Shown: positions 39,532 to 50,578 of the stretch, piece by piece
How the letters are laid out: each line of letters opens with the position of its first letter
Position numbering within the stretch: position 1 is the stretch's first letter
Assembly: GCA_963707915.1 (NCBI GenBank)
Contig: OY970178.1
Span: 2,656,001 to 2,720,000 of the forward strand
From: Candidatus Eiseniibacteriota bacterium
GTDB taxonomy: Bacteria; Eisenbacteria; RBG-16-71-46
Direction: 5' to 3'
Length of the DNA stretch: 64,000 nt
Program-made: the position numbers and the translations under genes
Notes under the pieces: model-generated
What the model was told of the DNA's origin: nothing
Database searches by the model: none
What the model saw: the letters and a program-made list of their open reading frames with translations, nothing else

Positions 39532-41400
39532 GTGAGCGGCTTCCGCACGCTGGGCGGGTTCCTCGCGGAGCTCGAGCGCCGCGGCGACCTGCGGCGCGTG
39601 ACGCGCGAGGTGGACCCGGTGTGCGAGGTCGCCGAGATCGCCGGGCGCGAGGCGAAGGCGGGCGGCCCGGCGTTGCTGTTCGAGCGCGTGCGCGGCGCGC
39701 GCTTCCCGCTGGCGGTGAACGTGCTGGCCGCCGAGCGCCGCATCGAGTGGGCGCTGGGGCGCACCGCGGCGAGCGTCGGCGACGAGCTGGAGGCGATCCT
39801 CCACGCGCTGCCGCCGCGGCGGCTCGCCGACCTCTGGGGGCTGCGCGGCAGCGCGGCGCGCGCGCTGGCGATGCGGCCGGCGCGCGTGGCGCACGGCGCG
39901 GCCCAGGAGCGCGCGCTCGGCGCCGACCTCGCGGCGCTGCCCAACCTGCAGCTCTGGCCGAAGGACGGCGGGCGCTTCGTCACCTTCCCGCTGGTGCTCA
40001 CCGAGCACCCCCAGACGAAGGTGCGCAACCTCGGCGTCTACCGCATGCAGGTCTACGACGCGAAGACCACGGGGATGCACTGGCAGATCGGCAAGGGCGG
40101 CGGGTTCCACTACCGCGCGGCCGAGGCGCTGGGCCGCGACCTCGAGGTCGCGGTGGCGGTGGGCGCCGACCCGGCGACGCTGCTGGCCGGCGTGGCGCCG
40201 CTGCCCGAGGGCATGGACGAGCTGGCCTTCGCGGGCTTCCTGCGCGGCCGCCCGACGCGCTTCGGTCCGGCCACGCGACTGACGATGGAAGTGCCGGCGG
40301 ACGCCGAGTTCGTGATCGAGGGCGTGGTGCCGCGCGGCGAGCGCCGGCGCGAGGGGCCGCTCGGCGACCACTTCGGGCACTACTCGCGCGTCGCCGACTA
40401 CCCGGTCTTCCACGTGCTGAACGTGACGCACCGCGCGGGCGCGGTCTTCCAGGCCAGCGTGGTGGGCAAGCCGCCGCAGGAGGACACCTTCATGGGCGAG
40501 GCGGTGCAGCGCATGTTCACCGGCGCGCTGCGCGTGCTGCACCCCGAGATCCGCGACCTGTGGGCCTACCAGGAGGCCGGCTTCCACAACCTGCTGGCGG
40601 TGGCGGTCGAGAACCGCTTCGCGAAGGAGGCGAAGAAGACCGCGCTCGCGCTGATGGGCACCGGCCAGCTCTCGCTCACCAAGGTCATCGTGCTGGTGGA
40701 CGCCGACGTCGACCCGCGCGACCGCCCCGCCGTGTTCGGCGCGATCGCGCGGAACTTCGACCCGGCCGAGGACTTCCTGCTGATGCCGGGCGTGCCGCTC
40801 GACACGCTCGACTTCACCTCCTACACCATGAACCTCGGCAGCAAGATGATGCTGGACGCGCAGGCCAAGCCCGGCCGCGCGCCCGCGACCCCGCCGGCCA
40901 CGGTGCCCGACCCGCGCGCGTTCGACGAGCGCATCGGCGACTGGCGCCTGGCGTGGGGCGCGCTGCTGGTGGTGCGCATGAAGGACGCGGTGCCGGGCGC
41001 CGTGGCCGGGCCGGGCGCGGGGCCGGCCTGGGGCCTGGCGGCGGACGCACTACCGCCGCCGGTGGGGACGACGCCGGGGCGCGAGGTGGTCGAGGCGCTG
41101 CTGCGGCGCCCCGAGTACGCCGGTGTACGGCTGATCGTCGCGGTGAGCTCGGACATCCCGCTCGGCGACGACGTGCTGCTGCTGTGGGGGATCTTCACGC
41201 GCTTCGACTGTGCGCGCGACGTGATCCCCGCGTGGGCCGAGGCGCGCGGCGCCTGGCTCGCCTGCCGTGGCCCGCTCGGCATCGACGCCACCTGGAAGCC
41301 CGGCTACCCCGAGCCGGTGGCGCACACGCCGGAGCTGCTGGCGCGCGTGGACGGGTGGTGGGGGCGCGCCGGGGTCGCAGCAGCCGGGGACCAGCCGTAG
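39532..41400 (+). CDS. ubiD: UbiD-family decarboxylase (MqnL-like, menaquinone futalosine route)
   Basis: WPKDGGRF, NLGVYRMQ, EGPLGDHFGHY, GKPPQED, IDATWK. Confidence 0.9.
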   Translation: MSGFRTLGGFLAELERRGDLRRVTREVDPVCEVAEIAGREAKAGGPALLFERVRGARFPLAVNVLAAERRIEWALGRTAASVGDELEAILHALPPRRLADLWGLRGSAARALAMRPARVAHGAAQERALGADLAALPNLQLWPKDGGRFVTFPLVLTEHPQTKVRNLGVYRMQVYDAKTTGMHWQIGKGGGFHYRAAEALGRDLEVAVAVGADPATLLAGVAPLPEGMDELAFAGFLRGRPTRFGPATRLTMEVPADAEFVIEGVVPRGERRREGPLGDHFGHYSRVADYPVFHVLNVTHRAGAVFQASVVGKPPQEDTFMGEAVQRMFTGALRVLHPEIRDLWAYQEAGFHNLLAVAVENRFAKEAKKTALALMGTGQLSLTKVIVLVDADVDPRDRPAVFGAIARNFDPAEDFLLMPGVPLDTLDFTSYTMNLGSKMMLDAQAKPGRAPATPPATVPDPRAFDERIGDWRLAWGALLVVRMKDAVPGAVAGPGAGPAWGLAADALPPPVGTTPGREVVEALLRRPEYAGVRLIVAVSSDIPLGDDVLLLWGIFTRFDCARDVIPAWAEARGAWLACRGPLGIDATWKPGYPEPVAHTPELLARVDGWWGRAGVAAAGDQP

Positions 41401-41452
41401 CGCGTGTTCTGCGCGCCGGCGGCACCGTCGCCTGCGCGCGAGTTCCCGTGCT

Positions 41453-44272
41453 TCATCGAAGCACGCAGATTCGGCGACCCAATGTTCGTCCATCTGCCTG
41501 CAGGCGCACGAAGTAGACTCCCGCCGGCACCATCCGGCCCGCCGCGTCTCGTCCCTCCCAGACGCGCTGGTGCTGCCCGGCGGGGCACGCCCGTTCCCGC
41601 AAGCCCCAGACCCTCGATCCGTCGATGGCGAAGACATCGAGGCGGACGTCCGCCTGCCGCGGCAAGCCCCACGCGATGACGGTCCGGCCATCGGTCGGAT
41701 TCGGCCGCGGCGGGGAGAGCCGGAAGTGCACGAATCCCCCGGCCTGGACCGCGGTGACCCCGAACGGCTCGGCGCTGGTCCCGACCCCGTAGACGTTCTG
41801 CACCGTCACCGGCCCGTTGCCCGCCCCGGGCGGGACGGTCGCGGCAATCAGCGTCGGCCCCTGCAGGCTGAATTGCGCCTCGCTCCCATCGAAGAAGACA
41901 CGCAACGGGCTCCCCATGCCGTATGGATCGTCACTGGCGAAGCGCGCCCCGTGGATCCGCACGACGCTGTCGGCCGCGCTCCATCGAGGCACGATGGAGT
42001 CCACGCGCGGCGCGAACCACGCAGGTGAACACGGGGCACCTTGCCATCCGACGATCCTCGTGCCGATCGAATCGGTCAGCGTGACTTCAGTCGAGGCGGT
42101 TCGAAGCTTGACCTGTTGCAGGCGAACGCAGACGGGCACGTCGCATCCCGCGCACGCACCCGCGCCCACGGTGTGGCGATTGGCCAACCGCAAGCGGCAT
42201 ACGTAGTACTCGCGCCCCGCTTGAAGCGCGACGCCCGTCGGGGGGTCGCTGGCGACAGCGACCGTGATGCGCTCGCGATTCGCGACGTCGTCCGGGTAGG
42301 CGGTGGCGAAGTGGCCGCCGACCGCCGGGACGCCCGCCCACGGGTCTGCGCAGGTGGCGGACCCGTGAGAGAAGTCGACGATGCTGGTCAAGGCGTCGGC
42401 ACGACACCCGGACTCCCACAGGCGCCACCAGGGCGGTAGGGAGTCGCTCTCGGACTGGACCATCAGGCTGGTCTCGATGCCCAGCAGGTCCGTGATGCCG
42501 CCCGGCGCGCGAAACGTCACGACCAGGTCCTGGTAGCCCGTGTCCGCGCCGCAGGCAGACGTCAGGCTCTCCGTGCCCAGCGAACCGCCGTCGTTCCAGG
42601 AGAGGTTCATGCCCGGCGCGCTCGGCGCCGTGAAGTCCTGGGCTGACGCGTCGACCTTGAGGCGGCCATAGTTCCTGGACGGCGGAACGAACCGGTACCC
42701 GGACAACGTCGGAGTCACCGTCCCGGACCAGGTGTAGCCAACGTCGAGCGCGTAGTCGCCGGAGGCGTCCGTTTCCTGGACGGGGACGGTCCCGGACATC
42801 CGGACACCGGAAAGCGGTTGTCCGCCGTCGTCAACGACCCTCCCCGTGATCCGAGGGGAGCAGGGTTGGCGTTGCCAGCCGATCTGGCCCTCGGTCCACA
42901 AGCAGACGTTGTCCGAGTTGTAGCGCATCATGCACGCCACCGAGGAGGGATTGCAGTACTCGCAGTTCCCGTTCTCGACACCGGCACTGCTGCAGATCTG
43001 ACAACTCGTGCAGCCGCCGTAGCCGGCCTGGTAGTACTCATCGCACGCGTAGAAGATGTGGCCCGTTTCGTGGCTGACCACCAGGGGCAGGGGCCAGGAG
43101 AAGGTCCGCTGCAACATCATGGCATAGGGGCCGCCGAGGTAGGCCCAGGCGGCGTAGCCGTCCGTGAATTGGGCCGGGGCTGGCCACGGATTCGCGGCCA
43201 TGAAGACACTGTAGGCCCACTGTGTCCCCTCGGCCGCGCGCAGGGCCAGGTTGAACGCCTCGCAACGTTCGAGGTGGTTGCCGATGGCGTAGCCGAACTT
43301 CCCGAGGACGTCGGTGATCGCGAGGTAGAACGCAGTGCTCGCATGCAACAGCGGTTCCCGCCACTGCGAACACTGCGGATTCGTCGTGGCCCGGCTGGTC
43401 GAGAGGACGAAGTACAGAGCGCACTGGCGGCCCTGTGCCTGGGTCGCCCACCACAGCAACCCCGTCGTGACGTCCGATATCGCCTGTTGCTCGTCTTGCG
43501 ATGTCCAGCTGTAGAGGTCGGGATCCGTTGCCGTCCCGTCGCTTTCCACACAGAAGAGCCGCACGGCCACGGATCCGCTCATGTACGTGGACGTTCCTTG
43601 AGCGACATCGGCCGTCTCGACCTTCGTCAGCGCGAGCGGGGCGGCCGCTCTGAGGTTGGCGATCACGTTCGGGATGGTCAATGCCGGTCGTTCGAGTGCG
43701 TCGCCGCTGAGAGGCGGTGGCTGACTTGCGTCGGCTGATACCGTTGCCGGGTTCGGCGTCGTGACCGACCGGAAGGCAGCGAGCGCGGCCCGGACGTTAG
43801 GCGACGAATCGTCCGGGAGCGCGTCCACGCCCGGGCGCGCAAGCACGGCGGTTCCGACGACCTGTCCGGCGGTGCTCTCCGGCAGGAACGCGATCGCCAC
43901 GTCGGGAGGGATGACAACGGCGAGCGCTCCGCCGCGCCGGGCGATCTCCTCGGCCAGGAGAGCGTGCGGCGCCGCACCGAGCGTCCGGAGGACGGTGAGC
44001 TGTCCGAACGGGCCGTCGGATGGGATGGCGGTTCCCCGGCCCGGCGAGTGGGGGGCGGGTGGCAGGGCGGGGGCCGCGCCCGCCACGCGTGGACCAGGCC
44101 CGAGGATCACCGCGCAAACGAAGAGAAGCGTCCTGGCAAGGTGCAAAGCGGTCTCCAACTCATGGGGCCGCGAGCCGGTGGGCGCTCGGGGCTCCGACGG
44201 GGACGGGGCGATTCCGCCTACCGCAAAGCCTACACCACCGCCCGCGACCGGGGAACGACCCATTGAGGTCAC
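41453..44272 (-). CDS. Secreted Zn metalloprotease with IPT/TIG and C-terminal FlgD-Ig domains
   Basis: HETGHIFYACDEY, CMM Met-turn, PRPNP...WEGRDAAG...GVYFVRL C-terminus; start uncertain (possibly TTG near 44144). Confidence 0.78.
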   Translation of the reverse strand: MTSMGRSPVAGGGVGFAVGGIAPSPSEPRAPTGSRPHELETALHLARTLLFVCAVILGPGPRVAGAAPALPPAPHSPGRGTAIPSDGPFGQLTVLRTLGAAPHALLAEEIARRGGALAVVIPPDVAIAFLPESTAGQVVGTAVLARPGVDALPDDSSPNVRAALAAFRSVTTPNPATVSADASQPPPLSGDALERPALTIPNVIANLRAAAPLALTKVETADVAQGTSTYMSGSVAVRLFCVESDGTATDPDLYSWTSQDEQQAISDVTTGLLWWATQAQGRQCALYFVLSTSRATTNPQCSQWREPLLHASTAFYLAITDVLGKFGYAIGNHLERCEAFNLALRAAEGTQWAYSVFMAANPWPAPAQFTDGYAAWAYLGGPYAMMLQRTFSWPLPLVVSHETGHIFYACDEYYQAGYGGCTSCQICSSAGVENGNCEYCNPSSVACMMRYNSDNVCLWTEGQIGWQRQPCSPRITGRVVDDGGQPLSGVRMSGTVPVQETDASGDYALDVGYTWSGTVTPTLSGYRFVPPSRNYGRLKVDASAQDFTAPSAPGMNLSWNDGGSLGTESLTSACGADTGYQDLVVTFRAPGGITDLLGIETSLMVQSESDSLPPWWRLWESGCRADALTSIVDFSHGSATCADPWAGVPAVGGHFATAYPDDVANRERITVAVASDPPTGVALQAGREYYVCRLRLANRHTVGAGACAGCDVPVCVRLQQVKLRTASTEVTLTDSIGTRIVGWQGAPCSPAWFAPRVDSIVPRWSAADSVVRIHGARFASDDPYGMGSPLRVFFDGSEAQFSLQGPTLIAATVPPGAGNGPVTVQNVYGVGTSAEPFGVTAVQAGGFVHFRLSPPRPNPTDGRTVIAWGLPRQADVRLDVFAIDGSRVWGLRERACPAGQHQRVWEGRDAAGRMVPAGVYFVRLQADGRTLGRRICVLR

Positions 44273-44448
44273 GATCGTCCCGGCCCCGCGGTATCTGCCG
44301 GGCCGCTACCGGTGGACGCCGGGCCGGAATGCGACGGCCATCCCCGAGCGAGGGGGGCCGTCGTGCTGCCGTCGCCCGGGTGGATGCCGAACCGCGCGCG
44401 GTCGGCTATGCTGCCGTCCGGACGCAAGTCCGTCCTCGGAGGACTGGC

Positions 44449-47292
44449 ATGATCGGTCGCACGATCCTGCACTACGCGGTGACCGCGGAGCTCGGCGCGG
44501 GCGCGATGGGGCGCGTCTACCTCGCGCGCGACGAGCGCACCGGACGGCGCGTCGCGCTCAAGTTCCTGCCGCCGGAGACCGCGGGCAACGCGGAGATGCG
44601 CACCCGCCTGCAGCGCGAGGCCACGGCGGTGGCGCGGCTCTCCCACCCGGCGATCGTTACCCTGCTCGCCGCCGAGGACGCGGACGGCGAGCTGTTCCTG
44701 GTCCAGGAGTACGTCGAGGGCGAGTCGCTCGACCGCCGCCTCGCGCGCGGCCCGCTGGGGCCCGCGGAGTTGCCTCGCCTCGCCCGCGCGCTGACCGGGG
44801 CGCTGGCCCACGCCCACGCGCACGGCGTCCTGCACCGCGACCTCAAGCCGGCCAACGTGCTGATCGGCACGGACGGGTCGTACAAGGTCGCCGACTTCGG
44901 CGTCGCCCGCGTCGAGGGCGAGGGCACGCTGACCGGCACCGGCGACGTGGTCGGCACCCTGGCCTACCTCGCGCCCGAGCGCGCGAGCGGCAACCGCGGC
45001 GACGCGCGCGCCGACCTGTTCGCGCTGGGCGCGGTGCTCTACGAGGCGATGTGCGGCCGCCGCGCCTTCCCGGGCGGTTCCGAGGCCGAGGTGCTCCACG
45101 CGGTGATGAACGTGGAGCCGCGGCCGCCCGAGGTGGTCACGGCCTCGCTGCTGCCGCTGGCCGGCCTGGTCATGCGCCTGCTCGCCAAGGACCCCGCCCA
45201 GCGTCCGCCGAGCGCCGAGGCGGTGCTCGAGGCGCTGGCGACCATGGGCCCCGACGCGCCCCGGGTCGCCGCGGCCCGCCGCGGCTGGCTCGTGCCCGCG
45301 CTGGCGATGCTCGCGGTGGCCGTCGTGGTCGGCGCGGGGGCGTGGCTCCTGCGCGACCGTCTCGCGCCCGCGTCTGCGGCCGACGCGCCCGTGGCGGTGC
45401 TCTACTTCGACAATATCGCCGACCCCCGCGACCCCGACCGCATCGGCTCGATCACCTCGAACCTGCTCATCGTCTCGCTCGCCCAGGCGAGCGACCTCGA
45501 CGTGCTCAGCACCCAGCGCGTGCTCGACGCCATGCGCCAGCTCGGTCACGGCGCGGGCGCGGTGGACCGTGGCGCCGCGCTGCTCGTGGCCCGGCGGACC
45601 CACGCCGGGCGCATCGTCACCGGCAGCATCCTCCAGGTGAGCCCGAGCCTGGTCATGACGGCCGAGGTCTCGGACGTGCGCAGCGGCAAGGTGCTCTACG
45701 CCGAGCGCATCGACGGCGAGCCGGGGCAGACCGTCTACCAGCTGGTGGACGCGCTCGGCGCGCGGCTGGTCGGCCGCATGGTGAGGCGCGCGGACGCCGC
45801 GCGGCTCGCACCGGTGGCGCAGCGCACCAGCACCGACCTCGCGGCGCAGCGCGAGTACCTCGCCGGCGTCGAGCGCTTCTCGATCGGTGACCTCCCCGGC
45901 GCCGACAGCGCGTTCACGCGCGCGGTGGCGCGCGACCCGGGCTTCGCGCAGGCGCTCTACCAGCTGGCGATCACGCGCTGGTGGGGCGGCGAGCCGGAGA
46001 GCGCGATGGAGGACATCCGGCGGGCGCAGGCGAACGAGGTGCGCCTGTCCCCCGGCGAGCGGGCGTTCATCGGCGGGCTCGACCTGTTGATCCGGCACGA
46101 CAGCACGGGGGTGGCGGTGTTCGAGCGGCTCGCCGCCAACGCGCCCGAGGACAAGCTGGTCCTGTACGGCCTGGAGGAGGCCCAGTTCCACGCCAGGCAG
46201 AACGAGGCGGCGATTGCCACGGCGCGCCGCATCCTCGCCATCGACCCGGGCTTCACGCTGGCCGGGCGGCACCTGGTGGACGCGCTGCTGCGCCTCGACC
46301 GCCAGGCCGAGGCCCAGCAGGTGGCCGAGGACCTCCTGCGGCGGGACCCGGGCTCGCAGTTGCTCTGGTTCTCCGCGACCAACACGGCAGCGAATCGGGA
46401 GGACCGCGCCACCGTGCTGCGGCTGCGGGCCCTCTACGAGCAGGGCGGAAGAGCTGCCCAGGTCCCGACGCTCGCGTTGCTGGCGGCCGCGCAGGGTGCG
46501 GACGCCGATTCCGTTTGCCGTCTGTTGGCCGGGGCAAATCCCGGCGCGACCCTGCTGGCCTACAGCCGGGACGGTGCGGCCTACTGGGTCGCGCTGCATC
46601 GCGGCCGCTTCCGCGAAGCGGAGGGCGTCGCCCGCAGGGCCTGGGCTGCCCCGCACAACTTGCTCCCGTGGGCCGAGGGGTTCTGGGCCGCGACGAAGAC
46701 GGGGAACACCACCTTCGGCCTGGCCTGCGTGGACAGCATCGCCAGGTTCGCGGTCCGCACCGGGATGGGTCGCGGTCTTGACGACTACCGGTTGCCGACG
46801 CGAGCGCAGTTCTGGATCATGACGGGGCGCCCCGATCGAGCCCGGGTGGAATACCGGAGGAGTGCCGGCCAGGCCCCGCCCGGAAGCATCTCCGAGGGGA
46901 TCTGGAACGGAGTGAGGGCCCACCTCCTCGACGCGGAGGGCCGCCCCGGCGAGGGGCTGGAGTGGCTCGCGCGGTCCCGCTGGCTGGGCTGGCCGATCAT
47001 GACCTCGCAACGCAGCCTCTTCCGCGCCCGTCTGCTGGCCCATTGCGGCCGCCACGCCGAGGCGCTGGCGACCCTGGATTCGCTCGCGGGCTGTCCACTG
47101 CTCTATCCCGACGAGGCCGTGCGGCTGCGCCTCGAGCGCGGCCGCTCGCTCCAGGCGCTGGGCCGCGGACCCGAGGCCGCCGCGGCGTATCGCGAGTTCC
47201 TGCGCCTCTGGAGGGACGCGGACCCCGGCCGGCCCGAGGTGGCCGAGGCGAAGCGCGCGCTGGCGCGGCTCGGAGGCGGTCCGCGCAGGTAG
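44449..47292 (+). CDS. Ser/Thr protein kinase with TM, TolB-like and TPR regions
   Basis: LGAGAMGRVY, VALK, HRDLKPAN, DFG, YLAPE; GGAGGA RBS. Confidence 0.93.
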   Translation: MIGRTILHYAVTAELGAGAMGRVYLARDERTGRRVALKFLPPETAGNAEMRTRLQREATAVARLSHPAIVTLLAAEDADGELFLVQEYVEGESLDRRLARGPLGPAELPRLARALTGALAHAHAHGVLHRDLKPANVLIGTDGSYKVADFGVARVEGEGTLTGTGDVVGTLAYLAPERASGNRGDARADLFALGAVLYEAMCGRRAFPGGSEAEVLHAVMNVEPRPPEVVTASLLPLAGLVMRLLAKDPAQRPPSAEAVLEALATMGPDAPRVAAARRGWLVPALAMLAVAVVVGAGAWLLRDRLAPASAADAPVAVLYFDNIADPRDPDRIGSITSNLLIVSLAQASDLDVLSTQRVLDAMRQLGHGAGAVDRGAALLVARRTHAGRIVTGSILQVSPSLVMTAEVSDVRSGKVLYAERIDGEPGQTVYQLVDALGARLVGRMVRRADAARLAPVAQRTSTDLAAQREYLAGVERFSIGDLPGADSAFTRAVARDPGFAQALYQLAITRWWGGEPESAMEDIRRAQANEVRLSPGERAFIGGLDLLIRHDSTGVAVFERLAANAPEDKLVLYGLEEAQFHARQNEAAIATARRILAIDPGFTLAGRHLVDALLRLDRQAEAQQVAEDLLRRDPGSQLLWFSATNTAANREDRATVLRLRALYEQGGRAAQVPTLALLAAAQGADADSVCRLLAGANPGATLLAYSRDGAAYWVALHRGRFREAEGVARRAWAAPHNLLPWAEGFWAATKTGNTTFGLACVDSIARFAVRTGMGRGLDDYRLPTRAQFWIMTGRPDRARVEYRRSAGQAPPGSISEGIWNGVRAHLLDAEGRPGEGLEWLARSRWLGWPIMTSQRSLFRARLLAHCGRHAEALATLDSLAGCPLLYPDEAVRLRLERGRSLQALGRGPEAAAAYREFLRLWRDADPGRPEVAEAKRALARLGGGPRR

Positions 47293-47294
47293 CG

Positions 47295-47329
47295 GATCGC
47301 CCCGGGAGCGCGGGGCCCCCGGGGCGATC
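47295..47329. terminator. Hairpin between the convergent kinase and pntB genes
   Basis: GATCGCCCCGGG/CCCGGGGCGATC 12-bp stem. Confidence 0.6.
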
Positions 47330-47360
47330 GTACGCTGCCGCCGCGATGCGTCGAGGCTCG

Positions 47361-48785
47361 TCAGCCCTTCAGCGCGGTCAGCACCTCGTCGAGCATCTTC
47401 TTGGCGTCGCCGAACAGCATCCGGTTGTTGTCCTTGTAGAACAGCGGGTTGTCCACTCCCGCGTAGCCCGACGCCATGCTGCGCTTCATCACGATCGAGG
47501 TCTTCGCCTTCCACACCTGCAGCACCGGCATGCCGGCGATGGGGCTGGTCGGGTCGTCCTCGGCACCGGGGTTCACGATGTCGTTCGCGCCGATCACCAT
47601 CGCCACGTCGGTGTCCGGGAAGTCGCCGTTCAGCTCGTCCATCTCGAGCACGATGTCGTAGGGCACCTTGGCCTCGGCCAGCAGCACGTTCATGTGGCCG
47701 GGCATGCGGCCGGCGACCGGGTGGATGCCGAAGCGCACGTTGACGCCCTTCTCGCGCAGGAACTTGGTGATCTCGTAGACGGTGTGCTGCGCCTGCGCCA
47801 CCGCCATGCCGTAACCCGGCACGATGATGACGTTCTTGGACTCGCGCAGCAGCTCGGCGGTCTCGGGCGCGGTGATGGGGGTGACCTCGCCGGCCGGCTG
47901 CGCGCCGCCCTTCGCGGCGGGGGCGCCGCCCTCGGTGCCGAAACCGCCGGAGATCACCGCCAGGAACTTGCGGTTCATGGCGCGGCACATGATGTAGGAG
48001 AGGATGGCGCCGCTCGAGCCCACCAGCGCGCCGGTGACGATCAGCAGGTCGTTGTTGAGCATGAAGCCGGTCGCCGCCGCCGCCCACCCGGAGTAGCTGT
48101 TGAGCATGGACACGACGACCGGCATGTCCGCGCCGCCGATCGCCATCACCATGTGGACGCCGAACAGCAGCGCGACCCCGGTCATGACGTACAGCGCGAC
48201 CATGCCCTGGTTCGTGCCCTCGACCGCGTGGATGAAGCTGGTGCCGAACCAGAGCACCGCCAGCAGTCCGGCCAGGTTGAGGAAGTGGCGGCCGGGGATG
48301 ATGACCGGCTTGCCGCTGATCTTCCCGGCGAGCTTGCCGAAGGCGATGACCGAGCCCGAGAACGTCACCGCGCCGATCAGGATGCCGATGTAGACCTCGA
48401 CCTCGTGGATGGTCTTCTCCGCGCCGGTGAACTGCGCGCTGGCCGCGGGGTCGATGTAGTTGGCGAAGCCGACGAGCACGGCGGCGAGGCCCACCAGGCT
48501 GTGCATGATGGCCACCAGCTCGGGCATCTGCGTCATCTTCACGGTGCGCGCGGCCCACAGCCCGATCGCGCCGCCGAGCGCCATGGCGGCGATGATCCAG
48601 GTGAGGCCGCCGGTGGTGACGCGCGGCCCGAAGACGGTGGCGAACACGGCGATCGCCATGCCGATGATGCCGTACACGTTGCCGCGCCTCGACGTCTCGG
48701 GATGCGAGAGCCCGCCGAGGCTGAGGATGAACAGGATGATCGCCCCGATGTAGGCGACGGTCGCGAGACTCGGAGTCATGAGCAT
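47361..48785 (-). CDS. pntB: NAD(P) transhydrogenase subunit beta
   Basis: [39 protein letters not shown]. Confidence 0.97.
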   Translation of the reverse strand: MLMTPSLATVAYIGAIILFILSLGGLSHPETSRRGNVYGIIGMAIAVFATVFGPRVTTGGLTWIIAAMALGGAIGLWAARTVKMTQMPELVAIMHSLVGLAAVLVGFANYIDPAASAQFTGAEKTIHEVEVYIGILIGAVTFSGSVIAFGKLAGKISGKPVIIPGRHFLNLAGLLAVLWFGTSFIHAVEGTNQGMVALYVMTGVALLFGVHMVMAIGGADMPVVVSMLNSYSGWAAAATGFMLNNDLLIVTGALVGSSGAILSYIMCRAMNRKFLAVISGGFGTEGGAPAAKGGAQPAGEVTPITAPETAELLRESKNVIIVPGYGMAVAQAQHTVYEITKFLREKGVNVRFGIHPVAGRMPGHMNVLLAEAKVPYDIVLEMDELNGDFPDTDVAMVIGANDIVNPGAEDDPTSPIAGMPVLQVWKAKTSIVMKRSMASGYAGVDNPLFYKDNNRMLFGDAKKMLDEVLTALKG

Positions 48786-48798
48786 GGGCGGCCTCCCC

Positions 48799-50397
48799 CT
48801 ACTTCCGGAACATGTCCAGCATGCGACGCGTCACCGCGAAGCCGCCGAACATGTTGATGGACACCATCACGATGCTGGCCACCGCGAGGCCGAGGATCCA
48901 GCCCGTGGGCCGGGCCAGGCCCTCCATGCCGAGCAGCGGCGGCGCGACCTGCACCAGGGCGCCGATGGCGATGATGCTGGAGATGGCGTTGGTCACGCTC
49001 ATCAGCGGCGTGTGCAGCGCGGCGGTCACGTTCCAGACCACCATGTAGCCGACGAAGCAGGCCAGCACGAACACGGTGAAGTGCGCGAGGAAGGCCGCCG
49101 GGGCGCCGGCGCCGATCAGGAAGAAGACCAGGCCCGCGACCAGGAACATCACCGTGGTGCGCAGCGCCGAGGGGGGTGCGTCGGGTGCGCCGTGCCCGTG
49201 CCCGCCCTTCTTCTCGGCCGGCTTGGCCGCGGCGGCCGCCTTGGGCGGCGGCGGGGCCGGCAGATGGAGCGGCGGCGCCGGCCAGGTGATCGCGCCGTCC
49301 TTGATCACCGTCAGGCCGCGGATGGCGTCGTCGTCCATGTTGACGTTGAGCACGCCGTCCTTGGTCTTGCACAGCTCCTCGGTCAGGCGGAACAGGTTCG
49401 AGGCGTAGAGCGTCGACGCCTGCTTGGCCAGGCGGCTGGTCAGGTCGGTGTAGCCGATGAGGGTCACGCCGTGCTTGACGACCGCCTTGCCGGGCTCGGT
49501 CAGCTCGCAGTTGCCGCCCTGCTCGGCGGCCATGTCGACGATGACGCTCCCCGGCTTCATGCTCCGCACCATCTCGGCGGTGATCAACCGCGGCGCGGGC
49601 TTGCCGGGGATGAGCGCGGTCGTGATGATGATGTCCACGTCCTTCGCCTGTTTGGCGTACATCTCGCGCTGGGCCTGCTGGAAGCCCTCGCTCATCACCT
49701 TGGCGTAGCCGCCGCCGCCGGAACCTTCCTCCTCGTAGTCCACCTTGACGAACTCGCCGCCCAGCGACACGACCTGGTCGGCCACTTCGGCCCGCGTGTC
49801 GTTGGCGCGCACGATGGCGCCCAGGTTGGCGGCGGTGCCGATCGCCGCCAGGCCGGCGACGCCGGCGCCGGCGATGAAGACCTTGGCCGGCGGGACCTTG
49901 CCGGCGGCCGTCACCTGGCCGTTGAAGAAGCGGCCGAAGGCGTTGGCGGCCTCGATGACGGCGCGGTAGCCGCTGATCCCGGCCATGGAGGTCAGGGCGT
50001 CCATCTTCTGGGCCCGGCTGAGCTGCCGCGGCAGCGCGTCCATGGCCAGCACGGTGGCCTTGCGGGCGGCCAGCTGCTTCATCAGCTCGGGGTTCTGCGC
50101 CGGCCAGATGAAGGTGACCAGGACTTGGCCCTCGCGCAGCAGGCCGACCTCCTCGGTCGACGGCGGGCGCACCTTGAAGACCACGTCGGACTTCGACCAG
50201 AGCGCCGCCGCCCCGTCGACGACCTCGGCGCCGGCGGCGCGGTAGGCGTCGTCGGGGAAGTTGGCCGCCGCACCCGCGCCGCTCTGCACCGCCACCGAGA
50301 AGCCCAGCTTGATCAGCTTCTCGACGACCTCGGGCACGGTGGCGACGCGCTTCTCAGCCGCCGCCGATTCCGTCGGGATTCCGATCACACACGCCAT
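48799..50397 (-). CDS. pntA: NAD(P) transhydrogenase subunit alpha (single chain)
   Basis: [38 protein letters not shown]. Confidence 0.97.
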   Translation of the reverse strand: MACVIGIPTESAAAEKRVATVPEVVEKLIKLGFSVAVQSGAGAAANFPDDAYRAAGAEVVDGAAALWSKSDVVFKVRPPSTEEVGLLREGQVLVTFIWPAQNPELMKQLAARKATVLAMDALPRQLSRAQKMDALTSMAGISGYRAVIEAANAFGRFFNGQVTAAGKVPPAKVFIAGAGVAGLAAIGTAANLGAIVRANDTRAEVADQVVSLGGEFVKVDYEEEGSGGGGYAKVMSEGFQQAQREMYAKQAKDVDIIITTALIPGKPAPRLITAEMVRSMKPGSVIVDMAAEQGGNCELTEPGKAVVKHGVTLIGYTDLTSRLAKQASTLYASNLFRLTEELCKTKDGVLNVNMDDDAIRGLTVIKDGAITWPAPPLHLPAPPPPKAAAAAKPAEKKGGHGHGAPDAPPSALRTTVMFLVAGLVFFLIGAGAPAAFLAHFTVFVLACFVGYMVVWNVTAALHTPLMSVTNAISSIIAIGALVQVAPPLLGMEGLARPTGWILGLAVASIVMVSINMFGGFAVTRRMLDMFRK

Positions 50398-50578
50398 GCA
50401 GGTCCCCCATGCTGAGTGATGCCGACCAGGCCCGAAGCCCGTGCACCGGCTGCGCGCCGACAGGGCACACGACTCCAACCTCCGCATGGTGACGGACGAT
50501 TCCAGGTGAGTCAACCGGGAGGCGACGTCTCCGGACACGCTCGTTCGCGGGCCGTCGCCGCGGCGGATTCCCGGATCG

